The notes: generated by a model from the sequence alone, not told the origin. 64,000 nt of DNA from Alphaproteobacteria bacterium (GCA_963555825.3 CAUVXB020000002.1:3488001-3552000); one strand, 5' to 3'. Counted from the first letter of the stretch, positions 10,310-19,520 are shown. Program-made: numbers and translations.

Positions 10310-10590
10310 TCAGCTCAGCGTTCTAACGGGCTTCATTCCCCGATGGGAACGCTTGTTGGCAGGTTGGATGTGTGACTGCATGTCTCCTTGGCGAAGGTGC
10401 CGTCCACAAGATTAGTCCCATCCCCGTCCTGTGATGGTCCATGTATACAGCATTGTGGCAAGCCGGATCGGAGCTGCCGGATATAAGGTGATGCGATCAC
10501 TCGCACGAAACATGGAACTCATCGCAAGACCCGCCCTGGATACAAAGCCATAACCAATGGAAGAGACGATCATGTGGCGTAGATTAAATC
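10310..10590 (+). ncRNA. Putative bridge/seek RNA of the IS1111-type element
   Basis: Position downstream of the transposase, as in IS1111. Two stem/internal-loop units carry segments matching the target and donor junctions (see findings). Boundaries approximate. Confidence 0.7.
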
Positions 10591-10618
10591 CACCTTGACA
10601 GCAAACGCCTCATATAAG

Positions 10619-10776
10619 GAGACATTGGCGGAGGCGGCGTGCGATGTCCGCTTCGGAGCGGTAACCAGACCTAAAAGCCCCATTGCCAAATTTCACGATA
10701 CTCGCGTCTGCTTTCGAACAGAGAGCGGTCCTCGCAGCGTCACTCGCCCAAGGTCAGCCTGTCGCCGGGACCCGAC
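10619..10776. repeat. Cluster C of palindromic sites (24-22-25-35-25-22-24; begins at 7387)
   Basis: Units 7387-7400+9090-9094+10619-10623, 10646-10670, 10706-10730 and 10753-10776. Confidence 0.8.
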
Positions 10777-10905
10777 ATTCGAGAGTCCGCAAAAATGTTA
10801 CCCGTGTACGTCCATCGATGGCGCGACGACCCTATTATCACGCCCATCCTCCCGGTCAACCTGGCGGGTCGCAGCTTCAAGGCGACCGAATGCGGCGTGA
10901 CCCGA

Positions 10906-10969
10906 GCCGGGTTTTCGCATGGCCGGGTTTTCGCATGGCCGGGTTTTCGCATGGCCGAGTTTTCGCATG
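10906..10969. repeat. 16-bp tandem repeat x4 (GCCGGGTTTTCGCATG)
   Basis: Four contiguous copies with one mismatch and no spacers. Confidence 0.95.
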
Positions 10970-11108
10970 GATGGTCACAAAATGGTCACGACTCAGTCAA
11001 TACGGGTCGATATGGATCATGACGGGACGGGCGTGAGAACCCATAATAATGGCGGATTCCCGGACGATGCAGCACGGTCCGAGACGGACCAATACGGCTT
11101 GAATGGAA

Positions 11109-11139
11109 TTTCGAGACCGCCCCGTTCGACCACGCCGGC
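11109..11139 (-). other. 5' half fragment of tRNA-Ser(CGA), probable att-site relic
   Basis: Minus strand GCCGGCGTGGTCGAACGGGGCGGTCTCGAAA resembles the D-arm and anticodon loop of tRNA-Ser(CGA). No T-arm follows. Direct repeat ATGGTCAC-AAA-ATGGTCAC at 10971-10989. Confidence 0.65.
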
Positions 11140-11698
11140 GGCCCGCCGCCGAGAGCGGCGGTCGCGTTTCCGCCGCGCGTCTCGAGTGTGTCGGTCGAGC
11201 CCGTCGAGGGCGGTGCCGTCGCCGATGGTCCTAGATGTTAATCGCCCCGTCGATAAAGGCTCTGGCGCACTGAGGGTACGGGTTTGGTAAAGCGTTAATG
11301 CGCTAGTAAGATGCATTGCGAATCAATCTTGCGCTCTGACGATCTTCGCAAACGTTTCCACGCAACCAAAACCCAAGCCGGCCCATAGGTATGGCTATTG
11401 CCAAACGGCAATCATCGGCCAGGTGCGGTCGGTCGAGTCTGCTACCCTCAGGGCCGGTTTAGGATCAGAAAGCGGTCGATTAAGGTTCACCGCGCAGACG
11501 GTGAAAGTTGACCCGAAGCCGAATTTTCTGGGTTGGCGGCAGGTATGAGGAATTGTGGCTTGCGTGAGCTAGCGATCGATCACTGCGCCGTCCCAGGGCG
11601 CCAAGTTATGATCAAGGAGCCGCTTCCATCGTTCTAGACAGCAAGAATTCTCACAGGTAGCCAATCCGTCCGAAGGCGTTTGCAGATTGCAGCTTGAC

Positions 11699-12601
11699 CT
11701 ACTGAGCGCTATTCCTGGAGCGCTTGTCACATTCAGCCACGAGCCAGTCGAAAAAGCGACGGACGGCAGTGTCTTCGTACGCCTTAGTGGATGCAACAAC
11801 ACAATAATACTTCTTTCGCGATGGGGCCTTTTTACTGTGCGCGGCAATGAGGCGCCCCGAAGAAAGGTCAGCATCGATGAGAGGATGATAGCCAATTGCA
11901 ATACCCAGCCCCGCAGCAGCCGCTTCGACAGTGACGTTGGGCTCGTCGAAAACCGGCCCATTGTTGGCCAAGCCCGTCGGTAGGCCTGCGGCGGCCAACC
12001 AATCACGCCAGTCATCACGATCCCTGACATGCAAAAGCGGATACTTGGCGAACCAATCCGCATTGGCTTGAGCCGCTGATCCTATTAAGCTCGGCGCAGA
12101 TATCGGTTGCATATCGAGCGACATAAGCTCTCGCACGATGGGTGCGTGCCATCCCCCTGTACCCCAGCGGATAGACAAATCGATTTCATGGCCCGGGGTC
12201 TCGCTAGTAAGAGAGTGACGAAGCTCAACAAGGACATCTGGGTTTGCTTCGCCGAACCGGTTGAGCTGCGGGGTGAGCCAGCGAGCGGAGAAAAATGGGC
12301 CGACTTGCACCTTGATCGAAGTCTTGACCCTGGAGTCGTCGATATCGCGAACCGCCTCGGACAACTCCATAATGGCGCGAGTCGCTGCGAGCCCGAGCCT
12401 GACGCCGCTTTCCGTCAACACGACCTCTCTCGACCGCCTCTCAAACAGCTTACGGCCCAGAAAATCCTCCAGCGATTTTACGTGCTGGCTGACTGCGCCG
12501 GGTGTGACGTTTAGCTCGCCCGCCGCCGCCTTGAAGCTCCTATGTCGCGCGGCGGCCTCGAAATAGCGAAACCACTGGAGAGGTGGAAGTCTCACACTCA
12601 T
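11699..12601 (-). CDS. LysR-family regulator (GcvA-like)
   Basis: LPPLQWFRYFEAAARHRSFKAAAGELNVTPGAVSQHVKSLE HTH; divergent from the CoA-transferase gene. Confidence 0.92.
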   Translation of the reverse strand: MSVRLPPLQWFRYFEAAARHRSFKAAAGELNVTPGAVSQHVKSLEDFLGRKLFERRSREVVLTESGVRLGLAATRAIMELSEAVRDIDDSRVKTSIKVQVGPFFSARWLTPQLNRFGEANPDVLVELRHSLTSETPGHEIDLSIRWGTGGWHAPIVRELMSLDMQPISAPSLIGSAAQANADWFAKYPLLHVRDRDDWRDWLAAAGLPTGLANNGPVFDEPNVTVEAAAAGLGIAIGYHPLIDADLSSGRLIAAHSKKAPSRKKYYCVVASTKAYEDTAVRRFFDWLVAECDKRSRNSAQ

Positions 12602-12671
12602 TGTTAACCTCAAGGGAACAGTCCGCTGGCCGATGTCGAAGCGACCGTGTGGAGAAATATTATGCGGCTCA

Positions 12672-12687
12672 GTTTAGCTCAGCTAAT
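12672..12687. promoter_or_regulatory. Putative LysR operator GTTTAGCTCAGCTAAT
   Basis: T-N11-A dyad in the divergent intergenic region; 15/16 identical copy upstream of the leuC-like gene. Confidence 0.7.
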
Positions 12688-12799
12688 ACACTAAGCCGAA
12701 AATCTCGCTTGCCGTCAACCGCAATGCAGGTCCACTCTAACGCGGAGAATAGCGGGTCGGGCGGTGCGACGGAGCCGTCCTCCGGAATCGTGGAAGGAC

Positions 12800-14197
12800 A
12801 TGGGGACAGTCAGTCAAACCCAGCGCACGCTCAACGAGGCATGGACGGCGCTCGGCGGCGACCACGACCGACTAGGGAGCGTAGCCTTCTCACACGACGG
12901 AGAGTTGCGATCCGTCTATCCGGTCGACGATCTCGCCTCAGCCATGGTGGGGTGCGCTGGCATGGCCATAGCCGAGCTGATCGAGCACCACGCCGGCGAA
13001 CGGCCGAACGTAATCGTTGACCGAAGGCTGACGTCTTTGTGGTTCGACTCAACCGTTCGCCCAATTGGCTGGACACTGCCTCCGCAGTGGGACGCCATCT
13101 CCGGCAACTATCGAGCCAAAGATGGCTGGATCAGAGTACATGCATATCTTCCCAAGCACTCTGCGGCGGTGCGACATGTCCTTGGGACGAACAGTAATCC
13201 GAAAGAAGTCGCTGCGGTAGTCACGACACGGGATTCGATCACGATAGAGACAGACATTGTCGAGAGTGGCGGTTCGGCGGCCGCAATGCGGAAGCTCTCC
13301 GATTGGGAGCGGCATCCCCAAGCTGTGGCCAACTCCGCGGAGGCGGTGGTCCACGTCGAGCCTGGCATGAGATCTCCCGTGCCAGGGCTCGCGTTCGTTC
13401 GAGATCGGCCTCTTACGGGCGTCAGGGTGCTCGACCTGACGCGCATCGTTGCAGGCCCGGTCGCCACCCGATTGCTCGCGGGCTTCGGCGCTGAGGTCCT
13501 GCATCTCGCTGCTCCGGGATGGCGCGAGCTTGCCTTGGAGCCCGATCTATCAGTTGGAAAAAAATGTGCCTTTCTCGACCTGAGTGATGCCTGTGGCAAA
13601 CAGGAATTCGAGCGTCTCCTAAGCCAGGCTGATGTCTTTGTTCATGGCCTGCGCGCGGACGTTTTGCCGAAGCTGGGCTACGATGCGACGTCTCGCCAAA
13701 GGATTCGACCCGGACTGATCGACGTCTCGCTGAACGCCTACGGTTGGAACGGGCCATGGACGAACCGCCGCGGCTTTGACACCGTCGTCCAGATGAGTAC
13801 GGGCGTCGCGGCGACGGGCATGGAAGCAACGGGCGCCGATAAGCCGGTAATGCTGCCGGTATCGGCTCTGGACCATTCAGTTGGCTATCTTCTGGCGGCG
13901 GCGACGATTCGCGGACTGGTGAACCGCCTCTCCACGGGCAGCGGTGTTATTGTCCGAAGTTCTCTCGCGCAGATGGCGGCGCTGCTGACGGGTTGCGGAG
14001 CGTGCAGCGCGGATGATCAGTCTCGGCCTGCGTACAAAGACGAGGAGCCGTCGTATGCCGAGGGCACATTCTGGGGGCCGGCGAAACGGCTTCGAGCTCC
14101 ACTGAGCGTCGCCGACACAGCGTTCCATTGGGACCGTGCGGCGGGCCCATACGGCGCATCCACTGCAAAGTGGGAGGCGAGCCGCCGATGCCCATAG
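12800..14197 (+). CDS. CoA-transferase family III (CaiB/BaiF-like, long form)
   Basis: PLTGVRVLDLTRIVAGPVATRLLAGFGAEV and RRGFD motifs; GAAGGA RBS. Confidence 0.88.
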   Translation: MGTVSQTQRTLNEAWTALGGDHDRLGSVAFSHDGELRSVYPVDDLASAMVGCAGMAIAELIEHHAGERPNVIVDRRLTSLWFDSTVRPIGWTLPPQWDAISGNYRAKDGWIRVHAYLPKHSAAVRHVLGTNSNPKEVAAVVTTRDSITIETDIVESGGSAAAMRKLSDWERHPQAVANSAEAVVHVEPGMRSPVPGLAFVRDRPLTGVRVLDLTRIVAGPVATRLLAGFGAEVLHLAAPGWRELALEPDLSVGKKCAFLDLSDACGKQEFERLLSQADVFVHGLRADVLPKLGYDATSRQRIRPGLIDVSLNAYGWNGPWTNRRGFDTVVQMSTGVAATGMEATGADKPVMLPVSALDHSVGYLLAAATIRGLVNRLSTGSGVIVRSSLAQMAALLTGCGACSADDQSRPAYKDEEPSYAEGTFWGPAKRLRAPLSVADTAFHWDRAAGPYGASTAKWEASRRCP

Positions 14198-14257
14198 CTC
14201 AGACCGGCGTTGGACCCGGTACACTCAGCCTATTCCGTCCTACAACTGGAGAAAGCA

Positions 14258-15586
14258 ATGGAGCCTTGCGATCTAAGCGCGACCGATGCGATTGCGCTCA
14301 TCTCTTCTGAGAAGCTCAGCGCGGAGGAGCTGGTCCGCTCCTGCCTGGCCCGAATTGAGGCGCGTGAGCACATCGTGAAGGCTTGGGCGTGGATCGATCC
14401 GCAAAAAGCCGTGCGCGACGCAAGAGAGCTCGATAATAAGAGACTCGCGGGCGGGCCGGTCGGTGTCCTCAACGGAATTCCCTTCGGCGTGAAAGATGTC
14501 ATCGATACTGCCGACATGCCGACGAGCGGCAACTCGGCTCACCGCATCGGATATCAGCCGAGCGAAGATGCGAGCTGTGTCGCCATCGCCAGATCGTGCG
14601 GGGCGCTGCTCCTGGGAAAGACAGAAACGGTCGAGCTCGCATGGGGCGGTCGGATCCCTCGAACCCGGAATCCACTGGACCCACGATTCACGCCAGGAGG
14701 CTCGTCCTCCGGCTCCGCCGCGGCGGTTGCCGACAACCACGTGCCACTCAGCATCGGCACGCAGACCTATGGCTCTCATATCAGACCTGCATCATTCAAT
14801 GCGATCTATGGTTATAAGCCGACACATGGCTTGATCCCGTGGACCGGAGCCTGGCAGAACTGCCCCAGCCTCGATACGATTGGCTGGTACAGTCGAGACC
14901 CGCGGGACTTCTCGTTGCTTGCACGGGCCTTTCAGTTCGCCGGCGCCGAAGAGCGCGTCGACGTCAGAGCCCACGCGCTCCGGCTCGGGATCGCTCGGAC
15001 GCACAACTGGGACATGACAAGCCCCGACTGTCGGAATGTGGTCCAATCCGCCATCGCAGCCCTGAAGTGCGAGAAGATCTCCGTGGTCGAGGTCGAGTCG
15101 CCGGCTGAGTTCAGATGCCTGAACCATTCGCATGAAGTCATCGCGCGCCATGAAGCGAGAATTCATCTCCTACCTGAATACCTTCGTACTGGTGGAAGGA
15201 TGGAAGCGGACTTCCAGGAAATTATGGCGGACGAAGCAAGAATCTCGCCCGAAGACTACCTGAAGTGCATTGACCATGCCGCCCGCAGCCGAACCATGTT
15301 CGACTCGATGTTTGGCGCTGATTTGGACTGCATCATTACGCCCGCTGCGATCGGCGAACCTCCGAAAGGATATGACACAGGCGACTGGGTTATGTGCTCA
15401 ATTTGGACGCTCTTGCACGCTCCATGTGTTGCCGTCCCGGTAGGCAAGGGTCAAAACGGACTGCCCATAGGCGTCCAGATTGTCGGACCGCGCCTGGGAG
15501 ATATTCGGCTTCTTGAGATTGTCGAGCAGCTAGCTCCTATCCTACAAGGCGGCAATGACGGCGTCAGCGACTTCGCTGGAGCTTGA
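14258..15586 (+). CDS. Amidase-signature family enzyme
   Basis: GIPFGVKD, TPGGSSSGSAAAVA and GTQTYGSHIRPA. Confidence 0.9.
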   Translation: MEPCDLSATDAIALISSEKLSAEELVRSCLARIEAREHIVKAWAWIDPQKAVRDARELDNKRLAGGPVGVLNGIPFGVKDVIDTADMPTSGNSAHRIGYQPSEDASCVAIARSCGALLLGKTETVELAWGGRIPRTRNPLDPRFTPGGSSSGSAAAVADNHVPLSIGTQTYGSHIRPASFNAIYGYKPTHGLIPWTGAWQNCPSLDTIGWYSRDPRDFSLLARAFQFAGAEERVDVRAHALRLGIARTHNWDMTSPDCRNVVQSAIAALKCEKISVVEVESPAEFRCLNHSHEVIARHEARIHLLPEYLRTGGRMEADFQEIMADEARISPEDYLKCIDHAARSRTMFDSMFGADLDCIITPAAIGEPPKGYDTGDWVMCSIWTLLHAPCVAVPVGKGQNGLPIGVQIVGPRLGDIRLLEIVEQLAPILQGGNDGVSDFAGA

Positions 15587-16624
15587 GCTCCCTCTCATGT
15601 CCGGCGTCTTTAAACCGTTGTCCAGGGCCGCGGATACGGCCAGCTCGATTTCCTTCGCGAGATCAGAGCGGTCAAGAGAGTATTCGAGCAGCATGGCCGC
15701 GCTCAAGATTGCGCCGAGCGGATTGGCGAGGCCCTGTCCGGCGATATCATTCGCGCTTCCATGAACCGGTTCGTACAGACCGAACTGTCCGCCATCGCAG
15801 GGACGCGCGCCGAGCGAGGCTGATGGCAGCATTCCGAGTGAGCCGGTGATCATCGCGGCTCCGTCCGATAGAATATCGCCAAAAAGGTTCTCCGTGACGA
15901 TTACATCATACTGCCTCGGATTCCGGACGAGTTGCATGGCTGCATTGTCTACATACTGGTGCTCAAGGTCTATGTCGGGATAGCGAGCTTCATTCAGGTC
16001 CGAGAATATCTGTCGCCAGAGCACGCTCGACTCCAGCACATTCGCCTTGTCGACGGACACCAGCTTGCTGTTGCGCCGCTGTGCGAGAGAGAATGCGACA
16101 TGGGCGATCCGCTCGATCTCCCACTCGGCATAGGTCAGGGTATCCGTCGCAATCCTATGGCCGTCGTCCTGACGCGATATTCCGCGGGGCGCGCCAAAAT
16201 AGATTCCACCGCAGAGCTCTCGCAAGATGATGAAGTCGACATCAGCGATAGCTTCTGGCTTGAGTGTGGAAGCGTCGATCGCCGACTTCATCGGCCTGAT
16301 CGGCCTCACATTAGCGAATAGATTGAGCTTCCTGCGCAACCGCGCCAGGCCGCTTCTTGCCTCGGGCGGACCATCGAGCTCCAAGCCATCCCATTTGGGA
16401 CCGCCTTCTGATCCGAACAAGACGGCGTCAGCTTCGCGGGCTTCTTCTAGCGTCTCGTCCGTCAGAAAGCACCCCGTTCGGTCGTAGCAAGCGCCACCCA
16501 CCATTCCATATGTGAATGCAAGTTCAAAGCCTTCTCGATTTGCCAAGTGCTCCAAGACCCGAATCGCGCAGGCAACGACTTCCGGCCCGACCCCGTCGCC
16601 GGGCAGCACTAGGATGTTCGACAT
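15542..16624 (-). CDS. leuB: 3-isopropylmalate dehydrogenase family (beta-decarboxylating dehydrogenase)
   Basis: LPGDGVGPEV, DKANVL, NLFGDILSD and YEPVHGSA. Probably a second, accessory copy. Confidence 0.85.
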   Translation of the reverse strand: MSNILVLPGDGVGPEVVACAIRVLEHLANREGFELAFTYGMVGGACYDRTGCFLTDETLEEAREADAVLFGSEGGPKWDGLELDGPPEARSGLARLRRKLNLFANVRPIRPMKSAIDASTLKPEAIADVDFIILRELCGGIYFGAPRGISRQDDGHRIATDTLTYAEWEIERIAHVAFSLAQRRNSKLVSVDKANVLESSVLWRQIFSDLNEARYPDIDLEHQYVDNAAMQLVRNPRQYDVIVTENLFGDILSDGAAMITGSLGMLPSASLGARPCDGGQFGLYEPVHGSANDIAGQGLANPLGAILSAAMLLEYSLDRSDLAKEIELAVSAALDNGLKTPDMRGSSSSSEVADAVIAAL

Positions 16625-16670
16625 GCCTTCATCTCCTTGTCACGCTGATTGAACGCAGGATCTCTACGCA

Positions 16671-17177
16671 TCAGCGCCTCCGCAGCTCCGACTTCAGCAA
16701 AGGCACAATGCCACCGACCTCCAATATCCTGAGGACGTCCTCGGGGAACGCTGGAAAAGTGAATTTGGCGCCGGTTGACTGGTTTGCAATCGCACCTGCC
16801 TGGAGGTCGATCGAGCAGAGCTCGCCGTCCCGGAAGCGCTCGCGCGCATCCGTCACCTCAATCACCGGCAAGCCTCCGCTGATAGCATTTCGCATGAAGA
16901 TTCCGGCGCAGGACTCTACAACCACGCAAGAGACCCCAACCGCCTGGAGGAGGCGGGATCCGAGCCTGCTCGAACCGCACCCGAAGTTTTCACCTGCGAC
17001 GACTATGTCGCCTCTGACCACGTTTTCTGAGAATTCGGGCCTTATCGCGCGCATGCAGTGACGTTTTGCTTCCTCTTCACTCATCTTCGAGAGCATCACG
17101 TGCCCTGGCATCATGTACTCGGTGCTGATATTGTCGCCGAATGCCCAGACGCGTCCCGCTGGCTTCATTGTGCCCAT
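16671..17177 (-). CDS. LeuD/HacB/DmdB-like aconitase-family small subunit
   Basis: FGDNISTE, GENFGCGSS and IFMRNAISGGLP. Confidence 0.88.
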   Translation of the reverse strand: MGTMKPAGRVWAFGDNISTEYMMPGHVMLSKMSEEEAKRHCMRAIRPEFSENVVRGDIVVAGENFGCGSSRLGSRLLQAVGVSCVVVESCAGIFMRNAISGGLPVIEVTDARERFRDGELCSIDLQAGAIANQSTGAKFTFPAFPEDVLRILEVGGIVPLLKSELRRR

Positions 17178-17185
17178 GTCGCCAC

Positions 17186-18439
17186 CTAAATCGCCGCCGG
17201 GTCGGTGATAGCGCCCACGACGGCGCTGGCCGCAACCGTCGCCGGCGACGCTATATAGACTTCGGCGCTCGGGCTGCCCATCCGGCCTTTGAAGTTCCGG
17301 CTGCTTGACGCGATGCAGACCTCTCCATCTCCGAGCACACCCATGCTCAGCCCCATGCAAGCGCCGCACGTAGAGTTTGTAACGATCGCCCCGGCATCTA
17401 CAAAGATTTGCATCAAGCCAGAACTCGCCATTTCACGGAAAACTGCCTGCGACGCCGGGGTAACTATCATCCGGACATGATTGGCGATCTTGCGGCCACG
17501 CAGGATGCTGGCGGCGACTTCCATATCTTCCATACGTCCATTCGTGCAACTTCCCAGAAATGACTGATCAATACGAACACCAGAGAGATCTCGCGCCGGA
17601 GTTACCTTGAACAGATTGTGAGGGCCCGCGACGAGGCTCTGAATCTCACCCAATTCCAGATAGATGGAGCGTTCCACGGCGGCACCTGGATCCGACCTAA
17701 CTGGCTTGAAGGGTTGGCGTGCTCGTCCATTCAGGAATCTCCTGGCGATGTCGTCGAACTCGAATAGGGCGAACTCTGCACCCAGATCGACAGCCATGTT
17801 CGAAAGTACCATCCTACTTTCGATCGAGAGGTCCTTCAGTGCGCTTCCCCTGTACTCGATGGCGCGGTTCAGGAAGGGGCGGAAGCCAAACCTGTGACAT
17901 AAGTATAGAATGACATCCTTTGATGATATCCATCGTGCCAACTTGCCGTTCAGGGATACTGAAACGGTCGCGGGCACCTTGAACCAGAGCTCCCCTTTGG
18001 CGAGTACGTAGATGATTTCTTGGAGCACGCCGCGACTCGCCATGTTCAACGCGCCGTAAGTGGTCGAATGCGAGTCGTTTCCGATCGCCAGCTGACCAGG
18101 CAATGCGAAGCCTTGCTCGACAAAGAACTGGTGGCAGATGCCGTGACGGCCCATATCGAAAAAGTTGGCAATGCCGAACCTGGAGATCATCTTTCTTGAG
18201 TTTGCATACATTGTCGCAACCGCGGATGACGAAGGAGGCACCTCATGATCGTGAATGACCACAACCCGCTGCGGATCGAACACTTTGGACAGGCCGATCT
18301 CGTGGATTGCTTCGATAAGATGGCCATCGAAGCTGTCGAGCATTAGCCAGTCCACTTTGCAGGTTATGATCTCTCCAGGCGAAACTCGCTCGAGGCCGGA
18401 CTTTTCTGCTAAGATTTTTTCAACTATGGTCGACGTCAT
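17186..18439 (-). CDS. LeuC/HacA/DmdA-like aconitase-family large subunit (417 aa)
   Basis: GICHQ, DSHSTTYGA, GSCTNGR, CGACMG and RNFKGRMG. Confidence 0.9.
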   Translation of the reverse strand: MTSTIVEKILAEKSGLERVSPGEIITCKVDWLMLDSFDGHLIEAIHEIGLSKVFDPQRVVVIHDHEVPPSSSAVATMYANSRKMISRFGIANFFDMGRHGICHQFFVEQGFALPGQLAIGNDSHSTTYGALNMASRGVLQEIIYVLAKGELWFKVPATVSVSLNGKLARWISSKDVILYLCHRFGFRPFLNRAIEYRGSALKDLSIESRMVLSNMAVDLGAEFALFEFDDIARRFLNGRARQPFKPVRSDPGAAVERSIYLELGEIQSLVAGPHNLFKVTPARDLSGVRIDQSFLGSCTNGRMEDMEVAASILRGRKIANHVRMIVTPASQAVFREMASSGLMQIFVDAGAIVTNSTCGACMGLSMGVLGDGEVCIASSSRNFKGRMGSPSAEVYIASPATVAASAVVGAITDPAAI

Positions 18440-18524
18440 TTGTCAGCCGATCTCCAGGTGGCTTTGCATCAGTAAACCTACAGCCGCAGCCTCATCACAA
18501 CAAACCATGACTCCAAGCGTGAAG

Positions 18525-18540
18525 ATTAGTTGAGCTAAAC
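18525..18540. promoter_or_regulatory. Putative LysR operator upstream of the leuC-like operon
   Basis: Reverse complement GTTTAGCTCAACTAAT matches 12672-12687 at 15/16. Confidence 0.7.
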
Positions 18541-18864
18541 TATCTCGGGGGAGCCAGTTTTCTGCTTTGTTGAGGGATCGTGATTCGATGGAAACCGATT
18601 TCGGGTGATGATTCGCCTCGGGCGGGCCTATATGAACATGTCCTCGTATGGCTACTTTCGCCCTAACCGATGGCCGGTGGCAGATGACCGGTCTGGGATC
18701 CAAAAGCCGACGTTCTGTTCGCCGATCAAGAAAGACCGAGTTGGGTCGACTCCGGCCTTTGGCCGGGCCGAGCCCGTCGAGGGCGGCGCGAAAGGGCGCC
18801 GAACAGCGGCCCCCGGGCAAGCGCGGACGCGCCGCCTGAGCGCCTGTTTTCGGCGCAAAAGCCG

Positions 18865-18892
18865 TTGACAGGCGCAAAGCCGTGGGTATAGT
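18865..18892 (+). promoter_or_regulatory. Sigma70 promoter of rplU-rpmA
   Basis: TTGACA-N16-TATAGT, about 60 bp before rplU. Confidence 0.7.
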
Positions 18893-18953
18893 CGCGGCTC
18901 TCCACCCAAGGACGGTTGGCGTTGACTTTATCCGGCTCAGGCGGGCAGGTTCG

Positions 18954-19520
18954 ATGTATGCAGTGATCAGCACTGGCGGCAAGCAATACAAGGTCGCCGC
19001 GAACGACGTGATCAGCGTCGAAAAGCTCCCCGGCGAGACCGGCGAGACGATCGGTTTCGACGACGTGCTGATGGTCGGCGAGGGCGCCGAGACGACCATC
19101 GGTACGCCGCTCGTCGACGGCGCGCGCGTCGAGGCAACGATCCTCGAGCAAGGGCGCGGCCCCAAGATCATCGTCTTCAAGAAGCTGCGGCGCAAAAATC
19201 ATCGCCGCAAGAAGGGCCACCGCCAGGACCTGACGGTGCTGCGCATCACCGACATCCAAGCCATCGGCGCAAAGGCGGCCAAGAAGCAGGCGGCGCCGGA
19301 GGCCGCGGCGGCACCCGTCGAGGCGGCCGCAACGGAAGAGCCGGCCGCAGCCGAGGCGAAGCCCAAGGCGAAGAAGGCCGCGACCAAGAAGGCACCCGCC
19401 ACGGACGCGGGCGAGACCAAGACGGCGAAGAAGGCGGCGCCCAAGAAGGCCGCGGCCAAGAAGCCGGCGACCAAGAAGGCGGCCAAGCCAGCGGCCACCG
19501 ACGGCGAGGAGACTTCGTAA
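18954..19520 (+). CDS. rplU: 50S ribosomal protein L21 with Ala/Lys-rich C-terminal tail
   Basis: [14 protein letters not shown]...RRKKGHRQ. Confidence 0.97.
   Translation: MYAVISTGGKQYKVAANDVISVEKLPGETGETIGFDDVLMVGEGAETTIGTPLVDGARVEATILEQGRGPKIIVFKKLRRKNHRRKKGHRQDLTVLRITDIQAIGAKAAKKQAAPEAAAAPVEAAATEEPAAAEAKPKAKKAATKKAPATDAGETKTAKKAAPKKAAAKKPATKKAAKPAATDGEETS

Larger units (their letters stand above)
9095..10618 (+). mobile_element. IS1111-type (IS110 family) insertion sequence
   Basis: Subterminal IRs TATGAGGC (9099-9106) and GCCTCATA (10607-10614); shared AAG core at both junctions; long downstream non-coding region; TTGACA at 10595. Confidence 0.85.

Noticed and set aside
10906-10969. 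Possible CRISPR array (also considered for 45941-46036 and the palindromic clusters)
   Set aside because: The tandem repeats have no spacers. The palindromic units are degenerate, occur only 3-4 per cluster and have partly homologous spacers. No cas genes are present.
11109-11139. Intact tRNA-Ser gene
   Set aside because: Only the D-arm and anticodon portion are present; no variable arm, T-arm or acceptor stem.
19260-19520. Histone-like Ala/Lys tail of L21 as a novelty
   Set aside because: C-terminal extensions of L21 are common in Alphaproteobacteria.
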